NCBI GenBank assembly: GCA_964619725.1
Contig: CAZUFC010000033.1
Span: 5,276 to 66,705 of the forward strand
Direction of reading: 5' to 3'
Source of the DNA: an uncultured bacterium
Lineage (GTDB): Bacteria; CSSED10-310; CAZUFC01
DNA: 61,430 nucleotides
Shown: positions 29,611 to 39,833 of the stretch, piece after piece
Layout of the letters: every line of letters begins with the position of its first letter
Position numbering within the stretch: position 1 is the stretch's first letter
Program-made: the position numbers and the translations under genes
The notes under the pieces: generated by a model
The model's database searches: none
The model's input: only the letters and a program-made list of their open reading frames with translations
What the model was told of the DNA's origin: nothing

Positions 29611-31113
29611 ATGAATCGGAAAATCTTTACTTCTTTGATGCCGGCGATCGCTTTCGGCCTTATTACACTCTTCGCCTGTTCCACATCCCTTAAAAAATCG
29701 CCGGAGAGCGAATCATCCGGCGCCGGATATTCAGAAAACAATACTGCCCAATCTCAGGTAATGGATTTAAAAACGTATCTGGAAAAGGCTGAATGGGACC
29801 AGGGTGCGGTCTTTGAATTCCCTGAACCGAAAAAATTCACCATGAGCAACGGATTGCAGGTTTTCACGGTCGAACGGAGGGATATCCCCATGGTCTATGC
29901 CAGAGCCCAGATACGGGGCGGCTCCATCTATGATCCTCCCGAAAAGAACGGTTTGGCTTACTTGACCGGATGGGTCCTTACCGAAGGGACTGAGTCCTAC
30001 CCGGATGAAGTTATAGACGCTGCAATGGACAATCACGGCGCTTACGTTTCTTCCGTCGCCTACAATGAATCCTGCATCTCTGACCTGACCTGTCTTTCAG
30101 AAGATATTGAAGAACTTTTTCCTTATTTCGCAGAAATATTGTCGAAGGCTCAATTTGATCAATCAGCCCTCCAGGAGGGCAAAAATTACATCATAGGCGA
30201 CTTGATGCGCATGATGGACGATCCCGGAGAAATCTGCTACAGACGCTTCCGCAAAGAGGTATTCCAGGATCATCCTTACGCCAAACAGTGGAAGGGAACA
30301 ATCGAAGGGATAAAAAACTGCACCAGACAAGACGTGCTTGACTTCTATCGCCGGTTTTATACGCCTGATCACGCCGTGCTGGTCCTTGTCGGAGACATCT
30401 CTTTCGATAAAGTTCATGAACTCTGTAAAAAACATCTGGTTACGTGGGCTCCCTCGAAAGAACCCCTTCCTCCCGTGCCTGCGCCCGAAGCAATCCGGGG
30501 AAGACATATTCGCCTGATCGACAAAGATACAGTGCAGGCACAGATCGTTCTCGGACATATCGGAATAGACCGCGTCAATGAAGACCGCTTCAAAATACAG
30601 GTCATGAACCGTATTCTGGGCGGCGGCGGTCTTTACACTCGATTATCCACGGAAGTCAGAGTCAAAAGAGGACTCACTTACGGAATATACAGCTATTTCG
30701 CCAGGAGAGAATTCACGGGAGAATTCGTCGTTGCCACCTTCACAAAAGCAGACTCCTGCGGGGAAACCGTCCGCGTGATTTTCGACGAACTGAACAAAAT
30801 CAGAAGTGAACCCGTATCCGATGAAGAATTGGAAGATGCCGGGCAGGGACTGATCGGCAGCTTTCCCCTTCAGTACGAAAAATATGAGGATATAGCGGAA
30901 GCGCTGGTGCATATGAATTTCTACGGATTGCCCATGAAAGACATCACTCACTACCCGACTTACGTCAACGATGTGACGGCACAGGACGTCATGGACGCAG
31001 CCAGGAAACATATTCATCCGGACGGTATGGTCATTACCGTCGTCGGTCCGGCAGAACAGATAAAGCCCCAGCTTCAATCCCTGGGCGACGTCAAAATAGC
31101 CCCGGCTATTTAA
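29611..31113 (+). CDS. M16 peptidase non-catalytic partner subunit, probable lipoprotein
   Basis: Lipobox LFAC; HxxEH replaced by YLTGW; RLSTEVRVKRGLTYGIYS. Confidence 0.88.
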   Translation: MNRKIFTSLMPAIAFGLITLFACSTSLKKSPESESSGAGYSENNTAQSQVMDLKTYLEKAEWDQGAVFEFPEPKKFTMSNGLQVFTVERRDIPMVYARAQIRGGSIYDPPEKNGLAYLTGWVLTEGTESYPDEVIDAAMDNHGAYVSSVAYNESCISDLTCLSEDIEELFPYFAEILSKAQFDQSALQEGKNYIIGDLMRMMDDPGEICYRRFRKEVFQDHPYAKQWKGTIEGIKNCTRQDVLDFYRRFYTPDHAVLVLVGDISFDKVHELCKKHLVTWAPSKEPLPPVPAPEAIRGRHIRLIDKDTVQAQIVLGHIGIDRVNEDRFKIQVMNRILGGGGLYTRLSTEVRVKRGLTYGIYSYFARREFTGEFVVATFTKADSCGETVRVIFDELNKIRSEPVSDEELEDAGQGLIGSFPLQYEKYEDIAEALVHMNFYGLPMKDITHYPTYVNDVTAQDVMDAARKHIHPDGMVITVVGPAEQIKPQLQSLGDVKIAPAI

Positions 31114-31286
31114 ATGCTCCCCTCTGAGAAAAGGGTGTCCTCTGGAATAACTTCCTGTTATCCGGCTGAAAAAATGGAATCGATAAAACTTATGCTCGTT
31201 GCTCAAAAATGAAACTCAGCGGGCTGAATTTAACAAAAAAACTTTTTCTCACATTGTGAACTCCCATCATTGAAAGGAATTTCCAT

Positions 31287-32804
31287 ATGAACGAGCAACC
31301 TGAAATTGCAAATGAATCAGAAATCAAGGACTTTCTGGATAAGTTGGACGATAAACTCGAAAAACTTTCCGTCAAAACAGGTGAAGCACAGTTTAAAAGA
31401 CTGATCGGTGAGGAACATGAGGACATGGAAGTCCTGAACAAACAATACGCCGATATTATGCTGGATGAAAAAAACAGGGAAACCATAGCCCATTGGCAAG
31501 ATAAAGCGGAAAATGAACGGCTCCGACGCAGACTGAAAATTTTTTCTCGAGCCTTTCTGTCGGCTCAGGTCGAAAACGACCCGAACCTCTTCAAAATTGC
31601 TGACAGAATCGAAAAACGTATCGTTGAGTTCAAACCCAAAGTGAACGGAGAAGAAATTTCACGCAGCGAAATGAGCCGCATTATGGAATCGGAATCTGAC
31701 CGGGATAAGCGAAAAAAAGCCTTCTACGGAGGTAAAGAACTGGATAATCAGATCGAAAACGACGTCATCCGACTATTCCAGGAACGCAATAAACTCGCAC
31801 GAAAACTGGGATATAAGGATTATGTCGAACTGGGGCTCGAACTTCAGGATATTAAAGAGACGGAACTCAAGGACCTTTTTACCCAGGTCAAGGAATCGAC
31901 TGAAGCGAAATGGAGGGAAACGCTTGAAAAATGCAGGAAAGACATGGACTTGAATAAAATAGAATCCTGGGACCTCTCCTACTATCTTCAAACCGTCATG
32001 CCCTCGCCCGCTCCCGAAAGATTCCCGAAATCGGATATTATTCCTGTATTCAGAAATTCCTTGAGAGATGCCGGGGGAGACCTGGACATCCTTCCGATAA
32101 GGGTTTATCAACGGGATATCCCTTACGGAGGTCTCTGCATGGGCATTAAACACGGCGAAGACGTCCGCATACTGGCCAATCCCAAAGACGGACTGATCTG
32201 GTACGATGCCCTTTTCCACGAATTCGGCCACGGCATTCACAGCAGTCTCCTGGACACTTCTTCATACATAGTCGCCGGAGGAGACCCTGCTTTTTTCTGG
32301 GAAGGCGTCGCCGGCGTATTCGAGCGAATCGTCATGGAACCCGCCTTTCTGAAAAAGCGGTTCTCCCTCTCCGATCAGGAAACGGAAAATGTTTTAAGAA
32401 TAGCCAGGCTGCAAAGAATCCGGTGGTACAGAAGCATAGCCGTTTCCTGCCTGCTTGAATGGTCCGTGTACCGGGGAGAATCCGATCCCCGTCGGAAACT
32501 CAGGGAATTGTCCGCAGAATACCTGGGAATCATGCCGCCGGAAAGAACAGGCTGGGCCGGAAACACCCTCTATACGACTCACCCTCTCTACAGCCAGAAT
32601 TACCTCCTCATGGACGTCATGGCCCTTCAAACCATTGAAGCCTTTCGCTACAAATTCAAAAAATTCCCAGGCCCCAAACTGTTCTCTTTCATAGTCAAAC
32701 ATTACATTAAACCTGCCGCCTGGACCCCCTGGAGACAAAAAATCATCAACGCTACAGGAAATTCCCTCACAGCAGATGCCCTTAATCGTTACCTGATTTC
32801 CTGA
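31287..32804 (+). CDS. M3/M2-like gluzincin metallopeptidase
   Basis: RNKLARKLGYKDY, HEFGHGIH, WEGVA, HPLYSQNY. Confidence 0.85.
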   Translation: MNEQPEIANESEIKDFLDKLDDKLEKLSVKTGEAQFKRLIGEEHEDMEVLNKQYADIMLDEKNRETIAHWQDKAENERLRRRLKIFSRAFLSAQVENDPNLFKIADRIEKRIVEFKPKVNGEEISRSEMSRIMESESDRDKRKKAFYGGKELDNQIENDVIRLFQERNKLARKLGYKDYVELGLELQDIKETELKDLFTQVKESTEAKWRETLEKCRKDMDLNKIESWDLSYYLQTVMPSPAPERFPKSDIIPVFRNSLRDAGGDLDILPIRVYQRDIPYGGLCMGIKHGEDVRILANPKDGLIWYDALFHEFGHGIHSSLLDTSSYIVAGGDPAFFWEGVAGVFERIVMEPAFLKKRFSLSDQETENVLRIARLQRIRWYRSIAVSCLLEWSVYRGESDPRRKLRELSAEYLGIMPPERTGWAGNTLYTTHPLYSQNYLLMDVMALQTIEAFRYKFKKFPGPKLFSFIVKHYIKPAAWTPWRQKIINATGNSLTADALNRYLIS

Positions 32805-32810
32805 ACACGA

Positions 32811-34283
32811 TTATTCCTCGTAAGTCCAATACTCAATATCGAAAACCGCTTCGCCGGTCACGTCCAGGATAAGCGCCCCGGCAAAAAACAAATCGAGTCC
32901 TTCGGGAAGAGTTCCCGCGCCTTCCGGCCATTCGAATTGAAAGATATTCATGCTGTAGGCGTTCTCCGCACCGAGTATCCGCTCCTCCAGGTAAACCTCT
33001 TTGCCCCATTGATCCCAAAACCAGTAATCTCCGCCCAATCCCAGGCAGATGCCCTCCTGCGCTTCCACAATTTCACGGGTCGGATTCCCGCAATGGCGGT
33101 AAACATGCAGCATTTCACCCGGCCGCAGCTCCCTGTCCTCCATCTGCACGTCATACCATATCTTATTTCTTTTGTAAGTATACTTCAGAGCAACCTCCGA
33201 TTTATCGTAATAACTGATATGGGGACGTCCCTGACCGTCCAGGGCGATACTCGGCTCCACACCGACATTGCCTTCATAATCCGCATACTCTATCCGCCAC
33301 CTTCCTTCCTCATAACGGGCGAACTTCAGCTTGCAGTTTACTCCTTCATAGTAGGCGATGTTCGGGCGGGTCAAATCGTCAAGCGTTATCGAAGTCGCGC
33401 CTCCATACCATTCAAGTCCTGCAATTTCTTCAACGATTTCCGTCTGCCATTCCCATCCGTCACTCCAGGTGTATTTAAGACAATTAATGTCCTCCTCCGT
33501 GTAATCAAAATAGGATATGTGAGGAACATCCGCTTCATCAAGCGTCATGGATGCATGCCAGCCGATGTCTTTGCCGCTCTCTATCTGCTCGATATCCCAT
33601 TCTCCCCCTGACCTGTAAGCGAAAAACAGGCCGCCGCTGGGGCAGGTCGTATCCCAGAAACATACGCAGGCATTATCATTACTGTCCATCTCAATGTTGG
33701 TGTATTTGACCTGCTGAGCGCACGTGTATACCGTTTCGGTATGCCAGCGCGCCTCCGCCGGCAGCCAATACGCATATCTTACTTCTCCGTCAGAGGTTTC
33801 ACACCCGCAATAGGCGATATGAGGTATCCCGGCGCTGTCCAGAGCCAGCGAAGAATAACATCCAACGGCTCCGTCATGGTCCACCGTGCCCGTCTGCCAT
33901 ACGTTATCCTCAAGATAAGCGTATCGCAGAAATTCCCGGCCGCCGTCCAGATAACTGACATGCGGCTCACCCTCCGAATCCAGCTCAATCGAGGTATATT
34001 GCCCCATATTCAATCCGTTGTCCACGCTCATTACATGCCATTCGTCCCCGATCACCCTCGCATACATCAATCCGCCCGTTACCGTGAAGGAATTATGATA
34101 GCTGATGTGAGGACAACCGGAAGCGTCTATTACGATCGATGAATATCGTCCTACGTCATATCCTTCCTGAATGTACTTCTTATGCCAGTTAGACGGGTCC
34201 GCACCTCCATGGACCAACGAATCTCCCGTAAATATGCAGAAAATAAGAAAAACAATAATATACGCCGGTCTTCCCGTTCTCAT
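32811..34283 (-). CDS. Secreted beta-propeller-type repeat protein with conserved C-terminal domain
   Basis: Seven repeats of VGxYxSIxLDxxGxPHISY..LKYA..W; signal peptide; C-terminal YWFWDQW..FEWPEGAG. Confidence 0.85.
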   Translation of the reverse strand: MRTGRPAYIIVFLIFCIFTGDSLVHGGADPSNWHKKYIQEGYDVGRYSSIVIDASGCPHISYHNSFTVTGGLMYARVIGDEWHVMSVDNGLNMGQYTSIELDSEGEPHVSYLDGGREFLRYAYLEDNVWQTGTVDHDGAVGCYSSLALDSAGIPHIAYCGCETSDGEVRYAYWLPAEARWHTETVYTCAQQVKYTNIEMDSNDNACVCFWDTTCPSGGLFFAYRSGGEWDIEQIESGKDIGWHASMTLDEADVPHISYFDYTEEDINCLKYTWSDGWEWQTEIVEEIAGLEWYGGATSITLDDLTRPNIAYYEGVNCKLKFARYEEGRWRIEYADYEGNVGVEPSIALDGQGRPHISYYDKSEVALKYTYKRNKIWYDVQMEDRELRPGEMLHVYRHCGNPTREIVEAQEGICLGLGGDYWFWDQWGKEVYLEERILGAENAYSMNIFQFEWPEGAGTLPEGLDLFFAGALILDVTGEAVFDIEYWTYEE

Positions 34284-34627
34284 TTTAATTCTCCTTCAGT
34301 TTTTAAATGATTGAAAATACAGGCCCGCCTTCGCAGCAAACCTTGCAAGACTCTTCCTGTCAGAGCGTGATAATAGCTCCGTCAACCCACATGCCTTATT
34401 TTAATGATTTAAACTGAAGAATCAAATCCATCCGGCGACAAGATTATTCAGCCTATTAAGGTCTTAACCCGCATTTCTCATACAAAATCGTAGTGAGAGC
34501 GTTCAGATTCCCGCAAATTCAAGCGTAGCTGACTGGAGGACTGCGGGGATACCGTGACTCAGGACTGAATGTTCGTGGAGATGGACTCGCTCCATTGACT
34601 GGACTGGTATAAGAAAATACCTGCGAC

Positions 34628-35222
34628 CTATTCAATGGTATAAGACTGCAGATTTGTGGCCGTTCCTCTGCCGCCTGATCCGTCCACAGGCAAAAGTTGT
34701 TCATTGATGCGAAGAGGCATGGAGACCCAGGGCGCCTGGAGCGTCAAAGGCGTGCCGACCGGCGGAAAAGCGTATTTCTGGGGAAAGCCCGGCAGTAAGG
34801 TTGAAAGATCAACCGTAAAGATGCCGTAAGGATTTATCAGCGTCGGTCTGGTTGTTCCGACGGGTCGAAGACCCGGTACGATTGCAGGGAAGAAAAGCTG
34901 ATAACTGAAGGCCGGAGCCCCCCATATGCCGCCGGGAATGATGAAAGCGCTCAAAGGTCCGCTCATCGGCGGCTTGGGATCGAGATAATGAAAAACTGTC
35001 ATTCCCCCATAGAATTTCGTGGTCAGCGGATAATACCCGGCCACGATGAACTACCCCTCTTCATCAGCCCCCATATCAATGATCCTGTTCTCAGTCCTTT
35101 TGTTCCCGTATCCCTCACAGTCAACATCAAAAATGTCCTCGCCGCAACGGAAAATAATCCCCGTTGCTGCTGGGCGAATATTTACCCGGAAAAAGAACTA
35201 TCGTTCCAGGCTCCGTCGACAA
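34628..35222 (-). pseudogene. Probable decayed gene: DUF1565-like fragment, frameshift, DMGADE motif, in-frame TAG, then a 138-aa C-terminal ORF
   Basis: One frame reads EPGTIVLFPGKYSPSSNGDYFPL. A second frame reads DIFDVDCEGYGNKRTENRIIDMGADEEG*FIVAGYYPL (TAG at 35051-35053) and continues into ORF 34628..35044. Confidence 0.5.
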
Positions 35223-35530
35223 TTGAACTCTTGTGTCACGTGTGTGTAATAGTCATCTCCATTCATGGAGAGGGGCCAGGGGGGTCAGGTCAACTCGCCG
35301 ACAACCCTCAAAACCGTAAACCGGTAAGCGGGCAAATATTTTTTATTCCTGGAAAAAATGAAAGCGCTGAAGATAATCATCCCAAATGCGTCTTTTGAGG
35401 TTACGATTCCTCCGAGTATCCCATCATTTTATTTCGATCCCGACTCCGATTGCAGAAACAAAATGTCAAGTGATTTTTCAGGTCCGTCGCTGTGATTCAA
35501 AAGTCCATCCTGCAAATGAAAAAAAGGCGG

Positions 35531-36115
35531 CTACAATAAGCCTGCAGTTTTAAATGCTTTTTCCATCAACTCCGACAAATCCAATTCAGATGCCCAGTAA
35601 ACCAGGTAATCAATATCAAGGTTGTCCCTCTGGACTTTCAGAACGCCGAGAACATCATTCCATTGCCGTTCAGATATCATATCCCCTTTCCGGTACCACT
35701 CTAATTTTTTCAAAATAATGTCCTCAGGAGATGAAATATAAAATAAATGATTCGGTCTTTCCTCATCAAGCACATCTCGCCGCCGCCGCGTGAAAGCCTT
35801 CTTTTCGTATGGGTTGTCCTTGATCAGAAAAACATCGATTTTCATCATGGTCTCCAAATGAATAAGATTGAACGACGCACGGCGTCTTATAGCCGTTTTA
35901 ATCATCTGTTCATCAATATAATAATCAGCTTCAAGTGTTCTGACTAATTCTGGAACATGCTGAAGTTTTACATCCGCAACCAGATCGACATCAAGCGTAG
36001 CGCGAGCGGTTCCATATAATGAGCTGGCAATTGATCCGCCCACCGCATATTTGATCAGCATATCTTCAAACACCGCGACGACAGGCTCCAAAGCCTTTAA
36101 AATATCAGGTTTCAT
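35531..36115 (-). CDS. Nucleotidyltransferase-fold putative toxin (MenT1-like)
   Basis: YAVGGSIASSLYGTARATLDVDLV (GG/S plus DxD), SPEDIILKKL, RQWNDV. Confidence 0.75.
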   Translation of the reverse strand: MKPDILKALEPVVAVFEDMLIKYAVGGSIASSLYGTARATLDVDLVADVKLQHVPELVRTLEADYYIDEQMIKTAIRRRASFNLIHLETMMKIDVFLIKDNPYEKKAFTRRRRDVLDEERPNHLFYISSPEDIILKKLEWYRKGDMISERQWNDVLGVLKVQRDNLDIDYLVYWASELDLSELMEKAFKTAGLL

Positions 36116-36368
36116 CGTCCCTGTTTCTCAAATATTCAAGTAATTTGCCTGCCAGTTCTTCACCGTAATGAAGCTCGACGAAAGCATTATTAACCTCCTG
36201 GTCGCTGAAATCAGGATTTGCCCGCCGTATCGCACGTCGGGAAAGCAGAATTATACTCTCGGACAGCGAACGAATCCGTGACATTTTTTCCGCTGCTCCT
36301 GCATTTCGCATGAGCGAATACAGAAATTCCTCTGCTTTGCTGTTCGTATCCGATATACCTGTTTGCAT
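36105..36368 (-). CDS. Small helical putative antitoxin (MenA1-like)
   Basis: 87 aa; overlaps the NTase start by 11 nt; AAEKMSRIRSLSE..RRAIRRANPDFSDQEV. Confidence 0.65.
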   Translation of the reverse strand: MQTGISDTNSKAEEFLYSLMRNAGAAEKMSRIRSLSESIILLSRRAIRRANPDFSDQEVNNAFVELHYGEELAGKLLEYLRNRDDET

Positions 36369-36778
36369 TTTCTCGACTCCTCACGGAACAAAAGCAACTT
36401 TAAAGAAATAGTTGCTGTCGGAAACAGTTCGAAGTCCGATCAACTCCTGGCGCTTCCTCCTTACGGAATAGTAAACGTACCGTAACAAAAATTCAATGGA
36501 GATAAATTTTTGACTATAATAAAGAAGTAAAGAAACCGTCTAACGCCTTAATGTCTCGTACATGCCGATGAGTGAGAAGTTACAAGGCGAATCAGGAAGA
36601 ACTTCCCTATCCATTTGAGCAAGCCGGGAAGCATGAGTCTGATGGCAAATCCGACGAAATGTCTTGCTGCAAATAAAACTGAGTATGAAGCAGCGGGATG
36701 TATCTTCGGGTCCGGAAGCATTTTGAGTTCAGGACCATAGGACGACAGGGCTAATTTATATAAGCGCTGCTTGGTTTT

Positions 36779-36975
36779 TTGTCCAATAAACGGCAAATTT
36801 CCCCCAATACTGCGTCAGGCTGCAGATTTGCTCAGTCAACGTATTAGTAATAGCCTCACTTTGCAAATCCTTGCCTTCCTCGCCAAAAGATAAATTCACC
36901 CGTTTATGGATCAAAACTGCAATAATTGTTCGGCAGTAAATTTTAAATCGAGATTCCCTTTTGTGGACAGGCGCT
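36779..36975 (+). mobile_element. MITE-like dispersed repeat, copy 1 (about 200 bp)
   Basis: Imperfect terminal inverted repeats tgtccaataaa / tttgtggaca. The core ctgcgtcaggct..gatttgctcagtcaacgtat..gcaaatcctt.ccttcct..gtttatggatca matches the reverse complement of 59706-59891. Confidence 0.75.
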
Positions 36976-37513
36976 ACTTAATTATTTTAATAATACGCTT
37001 GAACTTCTCCCCTTCAGCCCTCTCAAGCATCTCAAAAAACACGGTTTCCGTGCATGTAATTCCCGCTCCTGCGTCCCGCATTTTCTGAAGGCCTATTTCC
37101 TTGTTTTCCCTGGTTCTGGATGAAACAGCATCGACGATAATTTCAACCTCGTACCCCATATCCAGTAAATCCAGAGCGGTTTGATATACGCAGACATGAG
37201 TTTCAATCCCTGTCAGCAGAATCTGTTTTCGTCCCGATTGTTTCAGCGCCTTGGCGAAACCTTCGTCACGGAGGCAACTGAAAGTCATCTTGCTGATCGG
37301 TTTTATATCAGGCAGAAGTTCGGAGATTTCCGGAACAGTCGGCCCCAAACCTTTGGGATTCTGTTCGACCCACAAGATAGGCACGCCAAGCGCACGCATT
37401 CCCTTTATCGCCCGTTGAAGACCGTCGAAGAGTTTTTCACTTTCGTGCATTAACCGGGCGAGTTTTCCCTGCACGTCAATAATAACCATTAAAGCTTCTT
37501 TTGACTTCAGCAT
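36974..37513 (-). CDS. Isochorismatase-family cysteine hydrolase
   Basis: IIDVQGKL, EQNPKGLGPT, KMTFSC, GIETHVCVYQT. Confidence 0.92.
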   Translation of the reverse strand: MLKSKEALMVIIDVQGKLARLMHESEKLFDGLQRAIKGMRALGVPILWVEQNPKGLGPTVPEISELLPDIKPISKMTFSCLRDEGFAKALKQSGRKQILLTGIETHVCVYQTALDLLDMGYEVEIIVDAVSSRTRENKEIGLQKMRDAGAGITCTETVFFEMLERAEGEKFKRIIKIIK

Positions 37514-37540
37514 AATGTTCCTCCCGGATTTTTCGGTTCA

Positions 37541-39325
37541 TCAATCCTGCTGAGCGCTAGTCGTTCTGTTTTTGGCCCATCTTCTCAGGTAATTGATGTC
37601 TTCAGCTCTTGTTACGGCCAGCGGTTTGGTTTGCCTTATTTCCTCCAGGATGAATTCTGTGCTGAGTTCCTGATCGAGTGAGAAAGCGCCGTAAAGAGCT
37701 GATACGATGACCTGTTCGAGTTCTGCGCCGCTGAATCCTTCCGTTTTTTGAGCAAGCAGTGAGATGTCGAAATCATCAGGGTTTCGCTTCCTTCGGCTCA
37801 GGTGAATGCAGATAATTTCTCTTCTGGCTTCCGCATTCGGAAGGTCCACAAAAAATATTTCATCGAATCGCCCTTTGCGCAGCAGTTCAGGAGGAAGCTT
37901 CTGCACGTCGTTGCAGGTAGCTACCACGAATACGTCGCCGGTCCTTTCCTGCATCCAGGAGAGGAATCCGCCCAAAATTCGCTGCGATACGCCGCTGTCC
38001 TCGCTACCGCCTGAGGCAAATGCTTTCTCAATCTCATCAATCCATAACACGACCGGACACATTTTTTCCGCAGTTTTAACCGCCCGTTTGAAATTTTTCT
38101 CGCTCTCCCCTATGTATTTGTTATAAAGGCTCGAAGGGTCCATCCGCAATAAAGGGAGCTTCCATTCCATGGCTACGGCTTTGGCGCATAAACTCTTGCC
38201 CGACCCGGGAGGACCCAGCAAAAGAATGCCTTTGGGAAACGCCAGACCATAGGCCCGCGCCTTTTCCGGATTCATGATGATGGATTTTCGCTTCGACAGC
38301 CAGCCTTTAAGACACGCCAAATCCGCAACATCCGACATACTCTGCTCCACTGGAAAATACTCCAGCAAACCTTCTCTCTCAATAATCCGCTTCTTTGCCC
38401 GCATCACCTGCTCTATGTCATCCGCGGTCAGCTTGCCGTCCTCTATGATCGCCTTGGTCAGTATCTTCTCCGCTTCCATAAGCGTCAAACCGCACAGATT
38501 GTTGATCAGCCGGTTTGAATCCGCAGCGCTGATGTCTCGTATGACTGGCATCTTACTGGATAAATCCCTGAATATATTTTCCAGCAGTTCGGCATAATCA
38601 TCCCTGTCCGGAGGCGGAGGGTCCACCACTGTGCAATACGGCTTCATTTCGTCCGTGAGTTCAATATTCGAACCTGAAAGAATCATTGCTCCGTCGCGCT
38701 GGGAAAGATTCTTGGCCGCGAAAACCAGCTTCGCCCGTATAACCAGGTCCTCCAGAAAAGGTTTGAATCCATGCAAATGATAAATACAGGGTTTGGCTGA
38801 TTTTACTATATGATCAATCGCTATTTTGGGATCATTCGTGCCGTATATTCCGTCCTTCAAGTCAGAACGCCTTAAACCCCGGGCAAAAGTCCAGATGAAC
38901 AGCGGCAGTCGCATCTGATCCGAAAGATGACGCAACAAGGATTTTATCCTGTTCTCGTCAATCGTCTGAAGCACTATCGCTCCGTATCGAGCCTTAATCA
39001 GCAACGCCAGTTCCCGGACAACCTGATCATGCTTCAGTTCAAGAACATGATCAGGAGCTCCCGTTTTTTTCTCGGATACTTCCATCGCTCCGCCCTCTCC
39101 CGATTTATCCGAATTTGACGTCCCTTCACTCTTCGTTTCATCCGCAAAACTCGAAACGCTGCCGCCTCTTTTAAACATTGATTTCAGCCTCTCCTGCTTG
39201 ATTTCTTTATAGGTTTTTTCACGCGCGCTCTCAGAATAGAGAACGCCGCAACGGGGACATGCGTTTTCGGGTCCCGAATCATAGGGCTTTCGAATATATC
39301 CGCATTTTGAACACTTTTTTCTCAT
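37541..39325 (-). CDS. Ycf46-like AAA+ ATPase with N-terminal Zn ribbon
   Basis: CSKC..CPRC; GPPGSGKS; LWIDEIEKAF; LPPELLRKGRFDEIFFVDLP. Confidence 0.88.
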   Translation of the reverse strand: MRKKCSKCGYIRKPYDSGPENACPRCGVLYSESAREKTYKEIKQERLKSMFKRGGSVSSFADETKSEGTSNSDKSGEGGAMEVSEKKTGAPDHVLELKHDQVVRELALLIKARYGAIVLQTIDENRIKSLLRHLSDQMRLPLFIWTFARGLRRSDLKDGIYGTNDPKIAIDHIVKSAKPCIYHLHGFKPFLEDLVIRAKLVFAAKNLSQRDGAMILSGSNIELTDEMKPYCTVVDPPPPDRDDYAELLENIFRDLSSKMPVIRDISAADSNRLINNLCGLTLMEAEKILTKAIIEDGKLTADDIEQVMRAKKRIIEREGLLEYFPVEQSMSDVADLACLKGWLSKRKSIIMNPEKARAYGLAFPKGILLLGPPGSGKSLCAKAVAMEWKLPLLRMDPSSLYNKYIGESEKNFKRAVKTAEKMCPVVLWIDEIEKAFASGGSEDSGVSQRILGGFLSWMQERTGDVFVVATCNDVQKLPPELLRKGRFDEIFFVDLPNAEARREIICIHLSRRKRNPDDFDISLLAQKTEGFSGAELEQVIVSALYGAFSLDQELSTEFILEEIRQTKPLAVTRAEDINYLRRWAKNRTTSAQQD

Positions 39326-39833
39326 CAAAAAAACTCCCGAATTTCTGTCGGAAAACAATCACATCTTAATTCGCATTTCAAAACATCATCCGTTTCCTTT
39401 CATCGTCTCTTTATTCACTCAGTTGCATGCTCTCAATTGCGACGATCGAAAACGGCAACGGAAAGTATTTATTTTTCTCGCTCTCTGTGTTTTCCATCGA
39501 AAAAAATTTATATTATTTACAGCAAATAAAAGTAACAGGAAATTCAAGTGACTTCCTAAAACCCTTTTGCTCTTTTGTTTTGAGAGGGATAAAAATAAAA
39601 CTTTTCCCTCGCCGTCGTCCATACGCAAGGCTGCCCGCCTTAATTATGAACGGGTAAGGAGAATAACAAAAAATAAAAAATCAGTCAATTGACGGTAAAG
39701 CTCGGACCGGCTTCCAGAACATATGCCAATGCGTTCGTTTCGCCTGTAAACGTTGTCGAAACAGCGTCTGATGCCGAACCAGGGCATTCTTTGACCAACG
39801 CCTGAATCCTGTCAACAATCCGCTTAAACAGGC

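Noticed and set aside
34341-34360. Possible sigma54 promoter upstream of 34283
   Set aside because: The GG-to-GC spacing is 9 nt, not the required 10.
35051-35053. In-frame TAG as possible pyrrolysine or stop-codon recoding
   Set aside because: TAG ends intact genes in this window (for example at 51040 and 58328), and the nearby frameshift points to decay.
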